In this document: positions 9,683 to 19,122 of the stretch, piece after piece
Layout of the letters: every line of letters starts with the position of its first letter
Position numbering within the stretch: position 1 is the first letter of the stretch
From: an uncultured Gammaproteobacteria bacterium
Lineage (GTDB): Bacteria; Pseudomonadota; Gammaproteobacteria; Arenicellales; CAJQKF01
Assembly: GCA_965652415.1 (NCBI GenBank)
Contig: CBFGVH010000006.1
Location: forward strand, 1 to 54,174
Direction: 5' to 3'
Length of the DNA: 54,174 bases
Position numbers and translations under genes: made by a program
The notes under the pieces: generated by a model
Seen by the model: the letters and a program-made list of their open reading frames with translations, nothing else
What the model was told of the DNA's origin: nothing
Databases searched by the model: none

Positions 9683-9730
9683 TTGACCCGATACGAGGTT
9701 ATAGTTACATTTGAAACTATCCCCCGTCAA
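9683..9730. promoter_or_regulatory. Divergent promoter region with 20-bp palindromic operator at 9701-9720
   Basis: ATAGTTACATTTGAAACTAT inverted repeat; plus-strand TTGACC(9683)-N17-TACATT(9706); minus-strand TTGACG at 9730-9725. Confidence 0.7.
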
Positions 9731-9772
9731 GCCCGACCGTGCATGGTCGGCCCAACCCCGAGGAGGAACACG

Positions 9773-10765
9773 ATGAAGCTGGCCAGCCTGAAAGCCGGCG
9801 GCCGCGACGGCACACTGGTGGTCGTCGACCGCGACCTCGCGACGGCCGTGGCGGTGCCCGGCATCGCCGCGACGCTGCAGCAGGCCCTGGACGACTGGGC
9901 CGCCGCTCGGCCCAGGCTCGCCGCCGTGTACGACGACCTCGTGGCCGGCCGGTGCGACGACGCCTTCGATTTCGACCCCGCCGACGTGGCCGCGCCCCTG
10001 CCCCGCGCCTACCACTGGGCGGACGGCAGCGCCTACGTCACCCACGTCGAGCTGGTCCGCAAGGCGCGCGGCGCGGAACTGCCGGAGTCGTTCTGGCACG
10101 ACCCGTTGATTTACATGGGCGCCTCCGACGCCTTCATCGGCCCATGCGACGACATCTGCGCCCAGGACGAATCCTGGGGGATCGACTTCGAGGCAGAGGT
10201 GGCGGTCATCACGGACGACGTGCCGGCCGGCGTCACGCCCGGGGCGGCTCGAGACCACATCAAGCTGATCGCGCTGGTCAACGACGTCTCACTTCGCAAC
10301 CTGATACCCGCCGAACTCGCCAAGCAGTTCGGCTTCTACCAGTCCAAGCCCCACACCGCCTTCAGCCCGGTGGCGGTGACGCCCGACGAGCTCGGCGACG
10401 CGTGGGACGGGGCGAAGGTCCACCTGCCGCTCGTCGCCACCCTCAACGGCCGGCGTATCGGCGCGCCGAACGCGGGCCGCGACATGACCTTCGACTTCGG
10501 CGACTTGATCGCCCACGCCGCGAAGACCCGCGGCCTCGTCGCCGGCACCGTGATCGGTTCCGGCACGGTATCCAACGTCGGCAGCCCCGACGGCTCCTGC
10601 TGCCTGGCCGAGGTGCGCTGCCTCGAAACCATCGCCGACGGCAGGCCGTCGACGCCCTTCATGTCCTTCGGCGACCGCATCGAGATCGAGATGCTGGACA
10701 ATGCCGGGCACAGCATATTCGGCCGCATCGACCAGCAGGTCGCGCGCTACACGCCGCCCGCGTAA
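9773..10765 (+). CDS. Fumarylacetoacetate hydrolase family protein, probable fumarylacetoacetase of the homogentisate pathway
   Basis: SD GAGGAGG; [32 protein letters not shown] and GSGTVSN motifs. Confidence 0.9.
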   Translation: MKLASLKAGGRDGTLVVVDRDLATAVAVPGIAATLQQALDDWAAARPRLAAVYDDLVAGRCDDAFDFDPADVAAPLPRAYHWADGSAYVTHVELVRKARGAELPESFWHDPLIYMGASDAFIGPCDDICAQDESWGIDFEAEVAVITDDVPAGVTPGAARDHIKLIALVNDVSLRNLIPAELAKQFGFYQSKPHTAFSPVAVTPDELGDAWDGAKVHLPLVATLNGRRIGAPNAGRDMTFDFGDLIAHAAKTRGLVAGTVIGSGTVSNVGSPDGSCCLAEVRCLETIADGRPSTPFMSFGDRIEIEMLDNAGHSIFGRIDQQVARYTPPA

Positions 10766-10830
10766 ACGGCCCGGGCGGGTGATTGCCTTACAATAAGGCC
10801 GTTCGACTCCTCGACCGACGGGACCGCCCC

Positions 10831-11502
10831 ATGACCACTCACCTGCCGACATCCAACCCGACGCTGTACGGCTACTGGCGATCCAGCGCCGCCTACCGCG
10901 TGCGCATCGCGCTCAACATGAAGGGGCTGGAATACGAGAACTATTTTGTCCACCTGAGCCGCGACGGCGGCGAGCAGGGCAGGTCGCCCTACGTCGATCT
11001 CAATCCGCAGATGCTGGTGCCGACGTACGTCGAGGACAATCTCGTTCTCAGCCAGTCGCTGGCCATCATCGCGTATCTCGACGAGCGCTACCCCCATCCG
11101 CCGCTCCTGCCCGAGGACCCCGCGCGACGCGCGCGCGCCCGCCAGGCGGCATTCGCCATCGCCTGCGACATCCACCCGCTCAACAACCTGCGGGTGCTCA
11201 ACTATCTCACTGCAGAGCTCGGCGTCAGCGACGAGAGCAAGGCCAGGTGGTATCACCACTGGATCCTCAGGAACTTTCCGGCGCTCGAGCGCTGGGCGCA
11301 GGCCGATGCCGGCGCCGGCCCCTACTTCCTCGGCGACGCGGTGACCCTTGCCGACATCTGCCTTGCGCCGCAGATGTACAACGCGCGGCGCTTCGACGTG
11401 CCCCTCGGCGCCTTTCCGCGGCTGGTGGAGATCGACGCGGCCCTGAACGAGCTGACCGCGTTTCGAAACGCCCTGCCGGACAACCAGCCCGATGCGCGAT
11501 GA
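10831..11502 (+). CDS. maiA: Maleylacetoacetate isomerase (GST zeta)
   Basis: YWRSSAAYRVRIALN, QSLAII and CDIHPLNNLRVL motifs. Confidence 0.95.
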   Translation: MTTHLPTSNPTLYGYWRSSAAYRVRIALNMKGLEYENYFVHLSRDGGEQGRSPYVDLNPQMLVPTYVEDNLVLSQSLAIIAYLDERYPHPPLLPEDPARRARARQAAFAIACDIHPLNNLRVLNYLTAELGVSDESKARWYHHWILRNFPALERWAQADAGAGPYFLGDAVTLADICLAPQMYNARRFDVPLGAFPRLVEIDAALNELTAFRNALPDNQPDAR

Positions 11503-11512
11503 GGCGGCACCG

Positions 11513-13588
11513 ATGAGCGAGGCCGTCGTGCGACTGAACACCACCTGCCCCCACGACTGCCCCAGCGTGTGCGCGCTGGAAGTGGAGAAGCTCGACGAAC
11601 GCACCATCGGCAAGGTGCGCGGGGCGCCGGACCAGCCCTACACCGCGGGAGTGATCTGCGCAAAGGTGTCGCGCTACGCCGACCGCGTGCACCACCGAGA
11701 ACGGCTGCTCACGCCCCTGAAGCGGATCGGGCCGAAGGGCGTCGGGCGCGAGGCCTTCGTCGAGATCGGCTGGGACGAGGCGCTGGACACGGTGACCGGG
11801 GAGTTCACGCGCGTCGCCCGACAGTACGGCGCCGAGGCGGTCTGGCCGTACTTCTACGCCGGCACCATGGGCCTCGTGCAGCGCGACGGCATCGAGCGGC
11901 TGCGCCACGCCATGGGCTACTCGCGGCAGAAATCCACCATCTGCGTGACTCTTGCCGACACCGGCTGGGTCGCGGGGACCGGCGCCAAGCGCGGCATCGA
12001 CGGCCGCGAGATCGCCGACACCGACATGCTCGTCGTGTGGGGCGGCAACCCGGTGCACACCCAGGTCAACGTCATGCACCACTTCAGCATCGCGCGGCGC
12101 ACCCGCGGCGCGAAGCTGGTGGTGGTCGACCCCTACCGCACCGCCACCGCCGAGAAAGCCGACCGCCACGTGATGCTGCGCCCCGGCACCGACGGCGCGC
12201 TGGCCTGCGCCATGATCCACGTGATGCTCGCCGAGGGCCTCGCCGATCGCGAGTACCTCGCCCGCTACACCGACTTGGACGAGGAGGCCGAGCGCCATTT
12301 CGAATCACGCACGCCCGAGTGGGCGGCCGCGATCACGGGCCTCGCCGCGGCCGAGATCGTCGACTTCGCGCGCGAGTACGCCGGCACGGCGAGGACCTTC
12401 ATCCGCGCCCAGCACGGCTTCTCGCGCAGCAGGAACGGCTCGGTCAACATGCACGCGGTGAGCTGCCTGCCGGCGGTGAGCGGCGCCTGGCGCCACCCGG
12501 GCGGCGGCGCGCTATACGGCAACACGGCACTGGCGCGGGTCGACCGCACGACGATCATGGGCCTGGACGTCATGGACCGCTCGGTGCGCCAACTCGACCA
12601 GTCCCGCATCGGCCCGGTGCTGACCGGCGACGCCGCCGACATCGGCGACGGCCCGGCTGTGCACGCCTTGCTGATCCAGAACACCAACCCGGTGGCGGTG
12701 TGCCCGGAAGGCGCCCGGGTTCGAGAAGGGTTCATGCGCGACGACCTGTTCGTGTGCGTGCACGAGCAGTTCATGACCGAGACCGCGGCCATGGCCGACA
12801 TCGTCCTGCCGGCCACCATGTTCGTCGAGCACGACGACATCTACACCGCCAGCGGCCACACCTTCGTGCAGCTCGGCCGCAAGGTCATCGAGCCGCCGGG
12901 CGAGTGCCGCAGCAATCACCGGGTCATCTGCGAACTCGCGTCAAGGCTCGGCGCCCGCCACCCGGGCTTCGCGATGAGCGAGATGGAACTGATCGACGAC
13001 GCGCTGGCGCGCTCGGGCATGGGCGGCATCGAGCAGGCCTTCGGCGACGACAACTGGGTCGACTGCGTTCGCGACTTCGACGACATGCACTTTTTGAACG
13101 GCTTCGATCACGACGACGGCCGCTTTCACTTCCGCGCGAACTGGCGCCGCCACGACGGCTGGCGCGAGGACATGCCGGTGCTGCCTGATCATTACGACGT
13201 CATCGACAACGCCAGCGACGAGTGCCCGTTCCGCATGGTCACGGCGCCGTCGCGCTGGTTCCTGAACTCCTCGTTCACCGAGTGCCCCGAGTCGCGCCGG
13301 CGCGAGGTGCGGCCGACGGTCAAGGTGCACCCGCGCGACCTCGAGCGGATCGGCGCGGCCGACGGCGGCGCCGTGCGCCTCGGCAACCGGCGCGGCTCGG
13401 TCGAACTCGCTGCCCAGGCATTCGACGGCGTGCAGCCGGGCGTGGTGATCGTCGAGAGCGTATGGCCGAACCGGGACTTCGCCGGCGGCGCCGGCATCAA
13501 CACGCTGACCAGCGCCGACGCCGGCCTGCCCGCCGGCGGCGCGGTGTTTCACGACACCGCGGTGTGGATACGCCCCATGCCGCGCTGA
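11513..13588 (+). CDS. Cytoplasmic molybdopterin (bis-MGD) oxidoreductase with N-terminal 4Fe-4S motif
   Basis: CPHDCPSVC...C, PGTDGALA, ADIVLPAT motifs and a C-terminal molybdopterin dinucleotide domain; no Tat signal. Alternative start at 11492. Confidence 0.9.
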   Translation: MSEAVVRLNTTCPHDCPSVCALEVEKLDERTIGKVRGAPDQPYTAGVICAKVSRYADRVHHRERLLTPLKRIGPKGVGREAFVEIGWDEALDTVTGEFTRVARQYGAEAVWPYFYAGTMGLVQRDGIERLRHAMGYSRQKSTICVTLADTGWVAGTGAKRGIDGREIADTDMLVVWGGNPVHTQVNVMHHFSIARRTRGAKLVVVDPYRTATAEKADRHVMLRPGTDGALACAMIHVMLAEGLADREYLARYTDLDEEAERHFESRTPEWAAAITGLAAAEIVDFAREYAGTARTFIRAQHGFSRSRNGSVNMHAVSCLPAVSGAWRHPGGGALYGNTALARVDRTTIMGLDVMDRSVRQLDQSRIGPVLTGDAADIGDGPAVHALLIQNTNPVAVCPEGARVREGFMRDDLFVCVHEQFMTETAAMADIVLPATMFVEHDDIYTASGHTFVQLGRKVIEPPGECRSNHRVICELASRLGARHPGFAMSEMELIDDALARSGMGGIEQAFGDDNWVDCVRDFDDMHFLNGFDHDDGRFHFRANWRRHDGWREDMPVLPDHYDVIDNASDECPFRMVTAPSRWFLNSSFTECPESRRREVRPTVKVHPRDLERIGAADGGAVRLGNRRGSVELAAQAFDGVQPGVVIVESVWPNRDFAGGAGINTLTSADAGLPAGGAVFHDTAVWIRPMPR

Positions 13589-13592
13589 GCGG

Positions 13593-13793
13593 CTACTGCT
13601 GCTGCAAGGCGCGCTCGAGCGCCTCGGTCCGTTCTCTCGTCGCCGCGTCGACGTCGCTCCTGACGGTATCCGGCAGCGTCGCGATCGGTTGCGCGCCGTC
13701 GCCGGCGTCAACGCTGCGCTTCATGCCGGCGAGCTGCTGGAAGGCGACGAAGGCCAGGGCGATGAGGATGGCGATGAACGTCAGAGTTCGCAT
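13593..13793 (-). CDS. Small membrane-anchored hypothetical protein (66 aa)
   Basis: SD GGAGG; hydrophobic N-terminus MRTLTFIAILIALAFVAF; fills the intergenic gap. Confidence 0.6.
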   Translation of the reverse strand: MRTLTFIAILIALAFVAFQQLAGMKRSVDAGDGAQPIATLPDTVRSDVDAATRERTEALERALQQQ

Positions 13794-13843
13794 GGCACGA
13801 CCTCCGGCCACGGAATGAGGCGGCCATGATACCACCGGGCGCT

Positions 13844-13852
13844 TGCTACAAT
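13844..13852 (+). promoter_or_regulatory. Extended -10 promoter element for the MetY-like gene
   Basis: TGcTACAAT, about 40 nt upstream of ATG 13895. Confidence 0.45.
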
Positions 13853-13894
13853 GGCGCGCGGTTTCCTTCCTCCAACTTCCAGCGGGCGGTCATC

Positions 13895-15193
13895 ATGGCA
13901 TCCACTCCCAAGGGCTACGGCTTCGACACGCTGAGCCTGCACGCCGGGCAGCGCCCCGACGAGACCACCGGGGCGCGCGCGACGCCCATCTACCAGACGG
14001 CCTCCTACGTGTTCAAGAGCCCGGATCACGCGGCGTCGATCTTCAACGTCGAGCGCACCGGACACGTGTATTCGCGCATCACCAACCCGACCTGCGCGGT
14101 GCTCGAGGAGCGCATCTCGGCCCTCGAGGGAGGCGTCGGCGCCATCGCCACGGCCAGCGGCCAGGCGGCCTGCTTTCTTGCCATCGCCACCATCGCCGGC
14201 GCCGGCGATCACGTCGTGGCGTCGCGATCGCTGTACGGCGGCACCCACAACCTGCTGGCCTACACGCTGCCGCGCTTCGGCATCGAGACGACGTTCGTCG
14301 ACCCGCGCGATCCGTCGGCCTTCGCCGCCGCCATTAGGCCGAACACGAAGCTGGTGTTCGCCGAGATCCTCGGCAACCCGGGGCTCGAGGTGCTCGACAT
14401 CCCCGCAGTGTCGGCCGCCGCCCACGATGCCCACCTGCCGCTGGTGGTGGATTCGACCTTCGCCACGCCGTACCTGTGCCGACCGTTCGAGTTCGGCGCC
14501 GACATCGTGTTCCACTCGGCGACCAAGTTCCTGAGCGGCCACGGCGTGGTGATCGGCGGCCTGCTGGTCGATGGCGGGCGCTTCGACTGGAACGCATCCG
14601 ATCGCTTCCCCACCCTGACGGAGCCCTACGAGGGCTTCCACGGCATGAACTTCGCCGAGGAGTTCGGCCCGGCGGCCTACATCACGCGCGCCCGCAAGGA
14701 AGGCGCACGCGACTTCGGCGCCTGCATGAGCGCGCACACCGCCTTCCTGGTCCTGCAGGGCCTCGAGACCCTGTCCCTGCGCATGCAGCGACACGTCGAC
14801 AACACGCGCCGCATCGTCGCCTACCTGAAGGAGCACGACGCCGTGGAATGGGTCACTTACCCGGAGCTGCCCGAGCATCCCGACCACGAACTGGCGAAGA
14901 AGATCCTGCCGCTCGGCGCCGGCGCCGTTTTCAGCTTCGGCGTGCGCGGCGGACGCGCCGCGGGACAGAAACTGATCGAGCGTCTCGAACTCTTTTCCCA
15001 CCTCGCCAACGTCGGCGACGCCAAGTCGCTGGTGATCCATCCGGCGAGCACCACCCATCACCGCATGGACGCCGCGGCGCTCGAGGCGGCCGGCATCTCC
15101 GAAGGGCTTGTGCGGTTGTCGGTCGGCCTCGAGGAGCCCGACGACCTGATCGAGGACCTCGGGCGCGCCCTGTACGCGGCGTCGAAGGCATGA
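13895..15193 (+). CDS. O-acetylhomoserine aminocarboxypropyltransferase (MetY-like PLP enzyme)
   Basis: TPIYQTASY, YSRITNPT, HSATKFLSGHG (PLP Lys), ANVGDAKSLVIHPASTTH and RLSVGLE motifs. Confidence 0.92.
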   Translation: MASTPKGYGFDTLSLHAGQRPDETTGARATPIYQTASYVFKSPDHAASIFNVERTGHVYSRITNPTCAVLEERISALEGGVGAIATASGQAACFLAIATIAGAGDHVVASRSLYGGTHNLLAYTLPRFGIETTFVDPRDPSAFAAAIRPNTKLVFAEILGNPGLEVLDIPAVSAAAHDAHLPLVVDSTFATPYLCRPFEFGADIVFHSATKFLSGHGVVIGGLLVDGGRFDWNASDRFPTLTEPYEGFHGMNFAEEFGPAAYITRARKEGARDFGACMSAHTAFLVLQGLETLSLRMQRHVDNTRRIVAYLKEHDAVEWVTYPELPEHPDHELAKKILPLGAGAVFSFGVRGGRAAGQKLIERLELFSHLANVGDAKSLVIHPASTTHHRMDAAALEAAGISEGLVRLSVGLEEPDDLIEDLGRALYAASKA

Positions 15194-15990
15194 GCGGCAA
15201 TCTGCATCTCGTCGTGGACGGCGCCGCGGCGTTCGTCTACACCGGCGCCCGCGATTTCGACCCGGATCGGGACAGCGTGGTATTCATTCACGGCGCCGCC
15301 ATGGACCACACCGTGTGGGTGCTGCCTGCGCGCTACTTCGCACGCCACGACAGGAACGTGCTGGCGGTCGATCTGCCGGGCCACGGGCGGTCGGCGGGAC
15401 CGGCGCTGCCGTCCATCGGCGGCATGGCGGACTGGGTGGTTCGCGTGCTGGATGCCGCCGGGGTCGAACGCGCCGCCGTGGTCGGCCACAGCATGGGCTC
15501 GCTGGTGGCATTCGACATCGCCCGGCGCCACCGCGCTCGCGTCTCGTCCCTGACCCTGGTCGGCAGCGCGGTGCCGATGGCGGTGAGCGACGCCCTGCTC
15601 GGCGCGGCCCGCGCCGACAGCCACGATGCCGTCGACATGCTGACGTGGTGGGGCTACAGCCGCGCCGCCTGGCTCGGCGGCAACGCCACCCCGGGTATGT
15701 GGATGACCGGCGGCACGATGCGCCTGCTCGAGCGCGCCGCGCCGGGCGTTCTGCACAACGATCTCGCCGCCTGCAACGGCTACCGGATCGATGCGGGCAC
15801 CGATGGACCCATCGACGTGCCTGCGCTATTGATACTCGGCGAGCGCGACATGATGACGCCGCCGCGGAACAGCACCCTTCTGACCACGATTCTTACCCGC
15901 GCGCGCACCTGCGTGCTGCCGGGCTCCGGTCACTCGCTGATGATGGAACGTCCCGAGGAACTGCTCGACGCACTCGTCACGATCGTGTAG
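15190..15990 (+). CDS. Alpha/beta hydrolase
   Basis: ATGA overlap with the MetY-like gene; HG, DLPGHG, GHSMG, GERD and GHSLM motifs. Confidence 0.88.
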   Translation: MSGNLHLVVDGAAAFVYTGARDFDPDRDSVVFIHGAAMDHTVWVLPARYFARHDRNVLAVDLPGHGRSAGPALPSIGGMADWVVRVLDAAGVERAAVVGHSMGSLVAFDIARRHRARVSSLTLVGSAVPMAVSDALLGAARADSHDAVDMLTWWGYSRAAWLGGNATPGMWMTGGTMRLLERAAPGVLHNDLAACNGYRIDAGTDGPIDVPALLILGERDMMTPPRNSTLLTTILTRARTCVLPGSGHSLMMERPEELLDALVTIV

Positions 15991-16624
15991 CGACGAGTTC
16001 CGCGATGAACTCCACCGTCCGGCGGGCGGCACGGGCGAGGTTTTCCTCGTGGCCGACGCCGGAGCGCTTGCGCGGCGCGAGGCCGTGGTCGCCGTCGGCG
16101 AGCCACTCGACACGGACACGCGGCGACAGGTCGTAACCGCTCACTTCGTCCTTCGACCCGAACGGATCGCGCTCGCCCTGCAGGATCAGTACCGGCGTGG
16201 CGACGTGCTCGAGGTGAGCGGTGCGCAAGCGCTCGGGCTTGCCGGGCGGATGAAACGGGTACCCAAGGCACACCACCCCCGTGACATCCGCGGCGTCGGC
16301 CACCATGGTGGCAATGCGCCCGCCCAGGGACTTGCCGCCGATGAAAAGGTTCGGCCGGCGCCCGGCCATGGCGTCGATCGCGTCCATCCACGCCGCCTCG
16401 AGCCTGGCCGCCGGGTCCGGCGGACGGCGCCTGCCCTCGGCCGCCGCGCGTTCCATGTAGGGGAAGTTGAACCGCGCCACCTCGACGACGAACGCGTCGT
16501 CAGAGGCGATGAGCGCGGCCATGCGGGTCATGAACGGCGAGTCCATCGGCTGACCGGAGCCGTGTGCCAGGATCAGCGTCGCACGCGGCTCGACGACCTT
16601 GTTCAACAGGAATTGCGTGGTCAT
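15977..16624 (-). CDS. Alpha/beta hydrolase (KANL3/Tex30-like)
   Basis: AHGSG..MDS.FM, RFNFPY, GGKSLGGR, LGYPFHPPGKP, QGERDPFG and DGDH motifs. Confidence 0.88.
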   Translation of the reverse strand: MTTQFLLNKVVEPRATLILAHGSGQPMDSPFMTRMAALIASDDAFVVEVARFNFPYMERAAAEGRRRPPDPAARLEAAWMDAIDAMAGRRPNLFIGGKSLGGRIATMVADAADVTGVVCLGYPFHPPGKPERLRTAHLEHVATPVLILQGERDPFGSKDEVSGYDLSPRVRVEWLADGDHGLAPRKRSGVGHEENLARAARRTVEFIAELVATRS

Positions 16625-16764
16625 GGATCGATATCCGGCTTCGTGTCGACAACGATCATAACGGAGCATGGCACGCGAGGGCAGCCGCCGGATTACCTGA
16701 TAGAATCCGTCACCACGTTCCGCCCGAGCATGCCGGAGGGGCACGCGGCACGGCGATGCCAGCC

Positions 16765-17373
16765 ATGAAGCCGAACGAACCAAGAAAGATCCATGCCGTC
16801 GTCGTCACGCGCAACAACCCGCGGTCGTTCCCCGACCGCAACGTGTACCCGTTGTTCGGGCGGCCGCTGGTGGGCTGGGTGCTGGCCTCCCTCAAGCTCG
16901 CGCATCATGTCGACGAAGTGTTCGTCAGCACCAACGACGAGGCGGTCGGCGACGTCGCCCGCGGCGCCGGCTGCAGCGTGATCCCGCGACCCGAAGACCT
17001 CGATCACGACCGCGCGTCGCGGGTGGAGATCGTGCGTCACGCGGTGACCTGGATGTACAAGGAGCGCTTCCTCGACACCGATGTCGTGATCTCGGTGCGC
17101 GCAACCATACCGGAGCTTCGCCGACGCGATATCGACGACGCCGTAGATTTCCTCGACCGCAACAACCTGCGCGAACTCGTTTCCGTCAGTTCCGGCAGGG
17201 TCCAGAACGATCACCTGCGATTGATCCATCGCCGGGCCCTGTTCACCACGTCGCTGTCGACAGGCATCGGCGTGGTCAAGACCGGCTACCGCGACGTGCA
17301 GTCCCTCGACGACATCGCCGCGCTGCAGGCACACTACGAGTCGCGCGACCGCTTCGACGCGATCCGCGAATGA
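16765..17373 (+). CDS. NeuA/KdsB-like cytidylyltransferase-fold protein, degenerate
   Basis: N.YPLFGRPLVGW, VFVSTND, IPRPEDL..D and DVQSLDD motifs. The nucleotide loop reads TRNNPRSFPDRN. Start could be 16756. Confidence 0.7.
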   Translation: MKPNEPRKIHAVVVTRNNPRSFPDRNVYPLFGRPLVGWVLASLKLAHHVDEVFVSTNDEAVGDVARGAGCSVIPRPEDLDHDRASRVEIVRHAVTWMYKERFLDTDVVISVRATIPELRRRDIDDAVDFLDRNNLRELVSVSSGRVQNDHLRLIHRRALFTTSLSTGIGVVKTGYRDVQSLDDIAALQAHYESRDRFDAIRE

Positions 17374-17395
17374 CTCCGTACCGGGCAAGTGCGTC

Positions 17396-18271
17396 GTGAA
17401 ACTCGTCACCTACAACATCCAGTTCGGCCGCGGCCGCGACCTCGAGGTGGACCTCGAGCGCATCGCCCGCGAGGTGGAAGGCGCCGACATCATCGCCCTG
17501 CAGGAAGTGGACCGCCACTTCGAACGCTCCGGCGACATCGACCAGGTGCAGGTTCTCACCTCGCTGTTTCCGGATTATCACGCCGAGTACGGCCCCGGCC
17601 TCAACGTCCCCGTCGACCGCGTGCACGCCGACAGCACTGTGGAGCACCGCCGCCGCCAGTTCGGCAACCTGACCCTGTCGCGGCACCCGATCCGCTACAT
17701 CCGCCACCACCTGCTGCCCAAGTACGCCAGCACGGGTCCGGTCAGCATCCAGCGCTCGGCCCTGGAGTGCGTCATCGACACGCCGCTCGGTACGCTTCGC
17801 CTCGTCAACACGCACCTGACGCACCTCACCGCCGCGACGCGCATGCCCCAGGTCGAAATGCTCAAGCGCATTCACCGCGACTCGCGCTTCGAGGGCGCGC
17901 CGATGTGCGGCGACGCCTCGAAAACCTATTGGAATCTCGATCCGCCGTTGCCGGAGCCGCCGGCCACGACGATCATGGCGGGCGACTTCAACATGGAACC
18001 GGATTCACAGGAATACACCGCCATCGTCGGCCCCGACTCTCCCTACGGCGGACGCGTCAGCAACCCGGAACTGTTCGTGGACGCCTTCGTCGCCGCCGGT
18101 CACGCGGAGGGCGACGGCGTCACCGCCGACATCGACGGGCGGCCGGTGCGGCTCGATTATTTCTTCGTGAGCCCGGCGCTCGTTCCGAACATCGTCCGCT
18201 GCGAAATCGACAACGACGCGGTCGGCTCGGATCATCAGCCGGTGTGGCTGGAGTTGGCGGAGCCGGCGTGA
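17396..18271 (+). CDS. Endonuclease/exonuclease/phosphatase family protein
   Basis: TYNI, LQEVD, NTHL, GDFN, RLDYFF and SDHQPV motifs. Confidence 0.9.
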   Translation: MKLVTYNIQFGRGRDLEVDLERIAREVEGADIIALQEVDRHFERSGDIDQVQVLTSLFPDYHAEYGPGLNVPVDRVHADSTVEHRRRQFGNLTLSRHPIRYIRHHLLPKYASTGPVSIQRSALECVIDTPLGTLRLVNTHLTHLTAATRMPQVEMLKRIHRDSRFEGAPMCGDASKTYWNLDPPLPEPPATTIMAGDFNMEPDSQEYTAIVGPDSPYGGRVSNPELFVDAFVAAGHAEGDGVTADIDGRPVRLDYFFVSPALVPNIVRCEIDNDAVGSDHQPVWLELAEPA

Positions 18272-18363
18272 TCGCGATGCACGCGGGTACGTGGTGAACG
18301 TAGGGTGCGCTTCAGCGCACGCGTATTGCCTGGTTGGGCACGACCCGTGCGCTGAAGCGCGCC

Positions 18364-19101
18364 CTACCCTGCCGCCGCGGCCATCTCTCCAAGGGTAAAG
18401 AACAGGTAGTCGACCTCGGGGCGCTCGGCGACTTCGGCGGTGGCGCCCCAGCCGCCGCCGCGCGACAGGCCCTGGCGGTCGATCCAGGCGCGGGCCAGCC
18501 CCGCCTTCGCAGCGGGCACGTGGTCGTGGAACAGGCTTTGCGCGGTGTGCAGGACCTCGCCGGGTTGGGCGCCGAGGTCCTTGTCGAGATGTTCGATCAG
18601 GTAGGCGAAGTTGCGCGCATCGGGCTTGTAGGAGCCGATGTCCTCGGCGGTATACACGGCGTCGAACTCCACCCCCAGCTTGCGTGCCGACGCGGCGAAG
18701 CCGGCGCGGTCGACGTTGGACAGGATGACCAGTTGAAAGTGCTTCTTCAGGGCGCGCAGGGCGTCGGCGCTGTCGGCGAAGGCCGGCCAATGCGGCAGCG
18801 AGGCGCCGAACTGGCGCGCGAGCTCGGCCGGCGCGCCGATGCCGAAATGGCGAGCGAAATTCTCATGAACCCGCGCCAGCAGTTCGGGATAGACGAGGTC
18901 CGGCGTCGCCGCCTGCTGTGCGCTTTCCAGCCTGCCGAACTCGCCGAGGGCCACCTCTCGGGTGACGTCGTCGCGGCCGCCGGCCGCGATCAGCGGCTGC
19001 AGCGCGTCCCAGATGCCGGTCTCCCAGTCGATCAGGGTACCGTAGCAGTCGAAGGTCAGGGTGGTGAAATCGGTGAGTGGACGAGGCATGAGTTTCTCCA
19101 T
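18364..19101 (-). CDS. HAD-superfamily hydrolase (haloacid dehalogenase type II-like)
   Basis: FDCYGTLIDWE, LSNVD, SYKP and HTAQSLFHDH motifs. Confidence 0.9.
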   Translation of the reverse strand: MEKLMPRPLTDFTTLTFDCYGTLIDWETGIWDALQPLIAAGGRDDVTREVALGEFGRLESAQQAATPDLVYPELLARVHENFARHFGIGAPAELARQFGASLPHWPAFADSADALRALKKHFQLVILSNVDRAGFAASARKLGVEFDAVYTAEDIGSYKPDARNFAYLIEHLDKDLGAQPGEVLHTAQSLFHDHVPAAKAGLARAWIDRQGLSRGGGWGATAEVAERPEVDYLFFTLGEMAAAAG

Positions 19102-19122
19102 CGGGATCGTACGGCCGGCGCG

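Noticed and set aside
5135-10258. Apparent long fusion ORFs in the track (602, 837, 356 and 645 aa; similarly 8522-10765, 21149-23536, 35237-38011 and 41474-43819)
   Set aside because: The N-terminal extensions overlap neighbouring real genes; the true starts coincide with SD sites or 4-nt stop/start overlaps.
13793-13895. SAM or other riboswitch upstream of the MetY-like gene
   Set aside because: The leader after the putative -10 is only about 35 nt and shows no recognisable aptamer.
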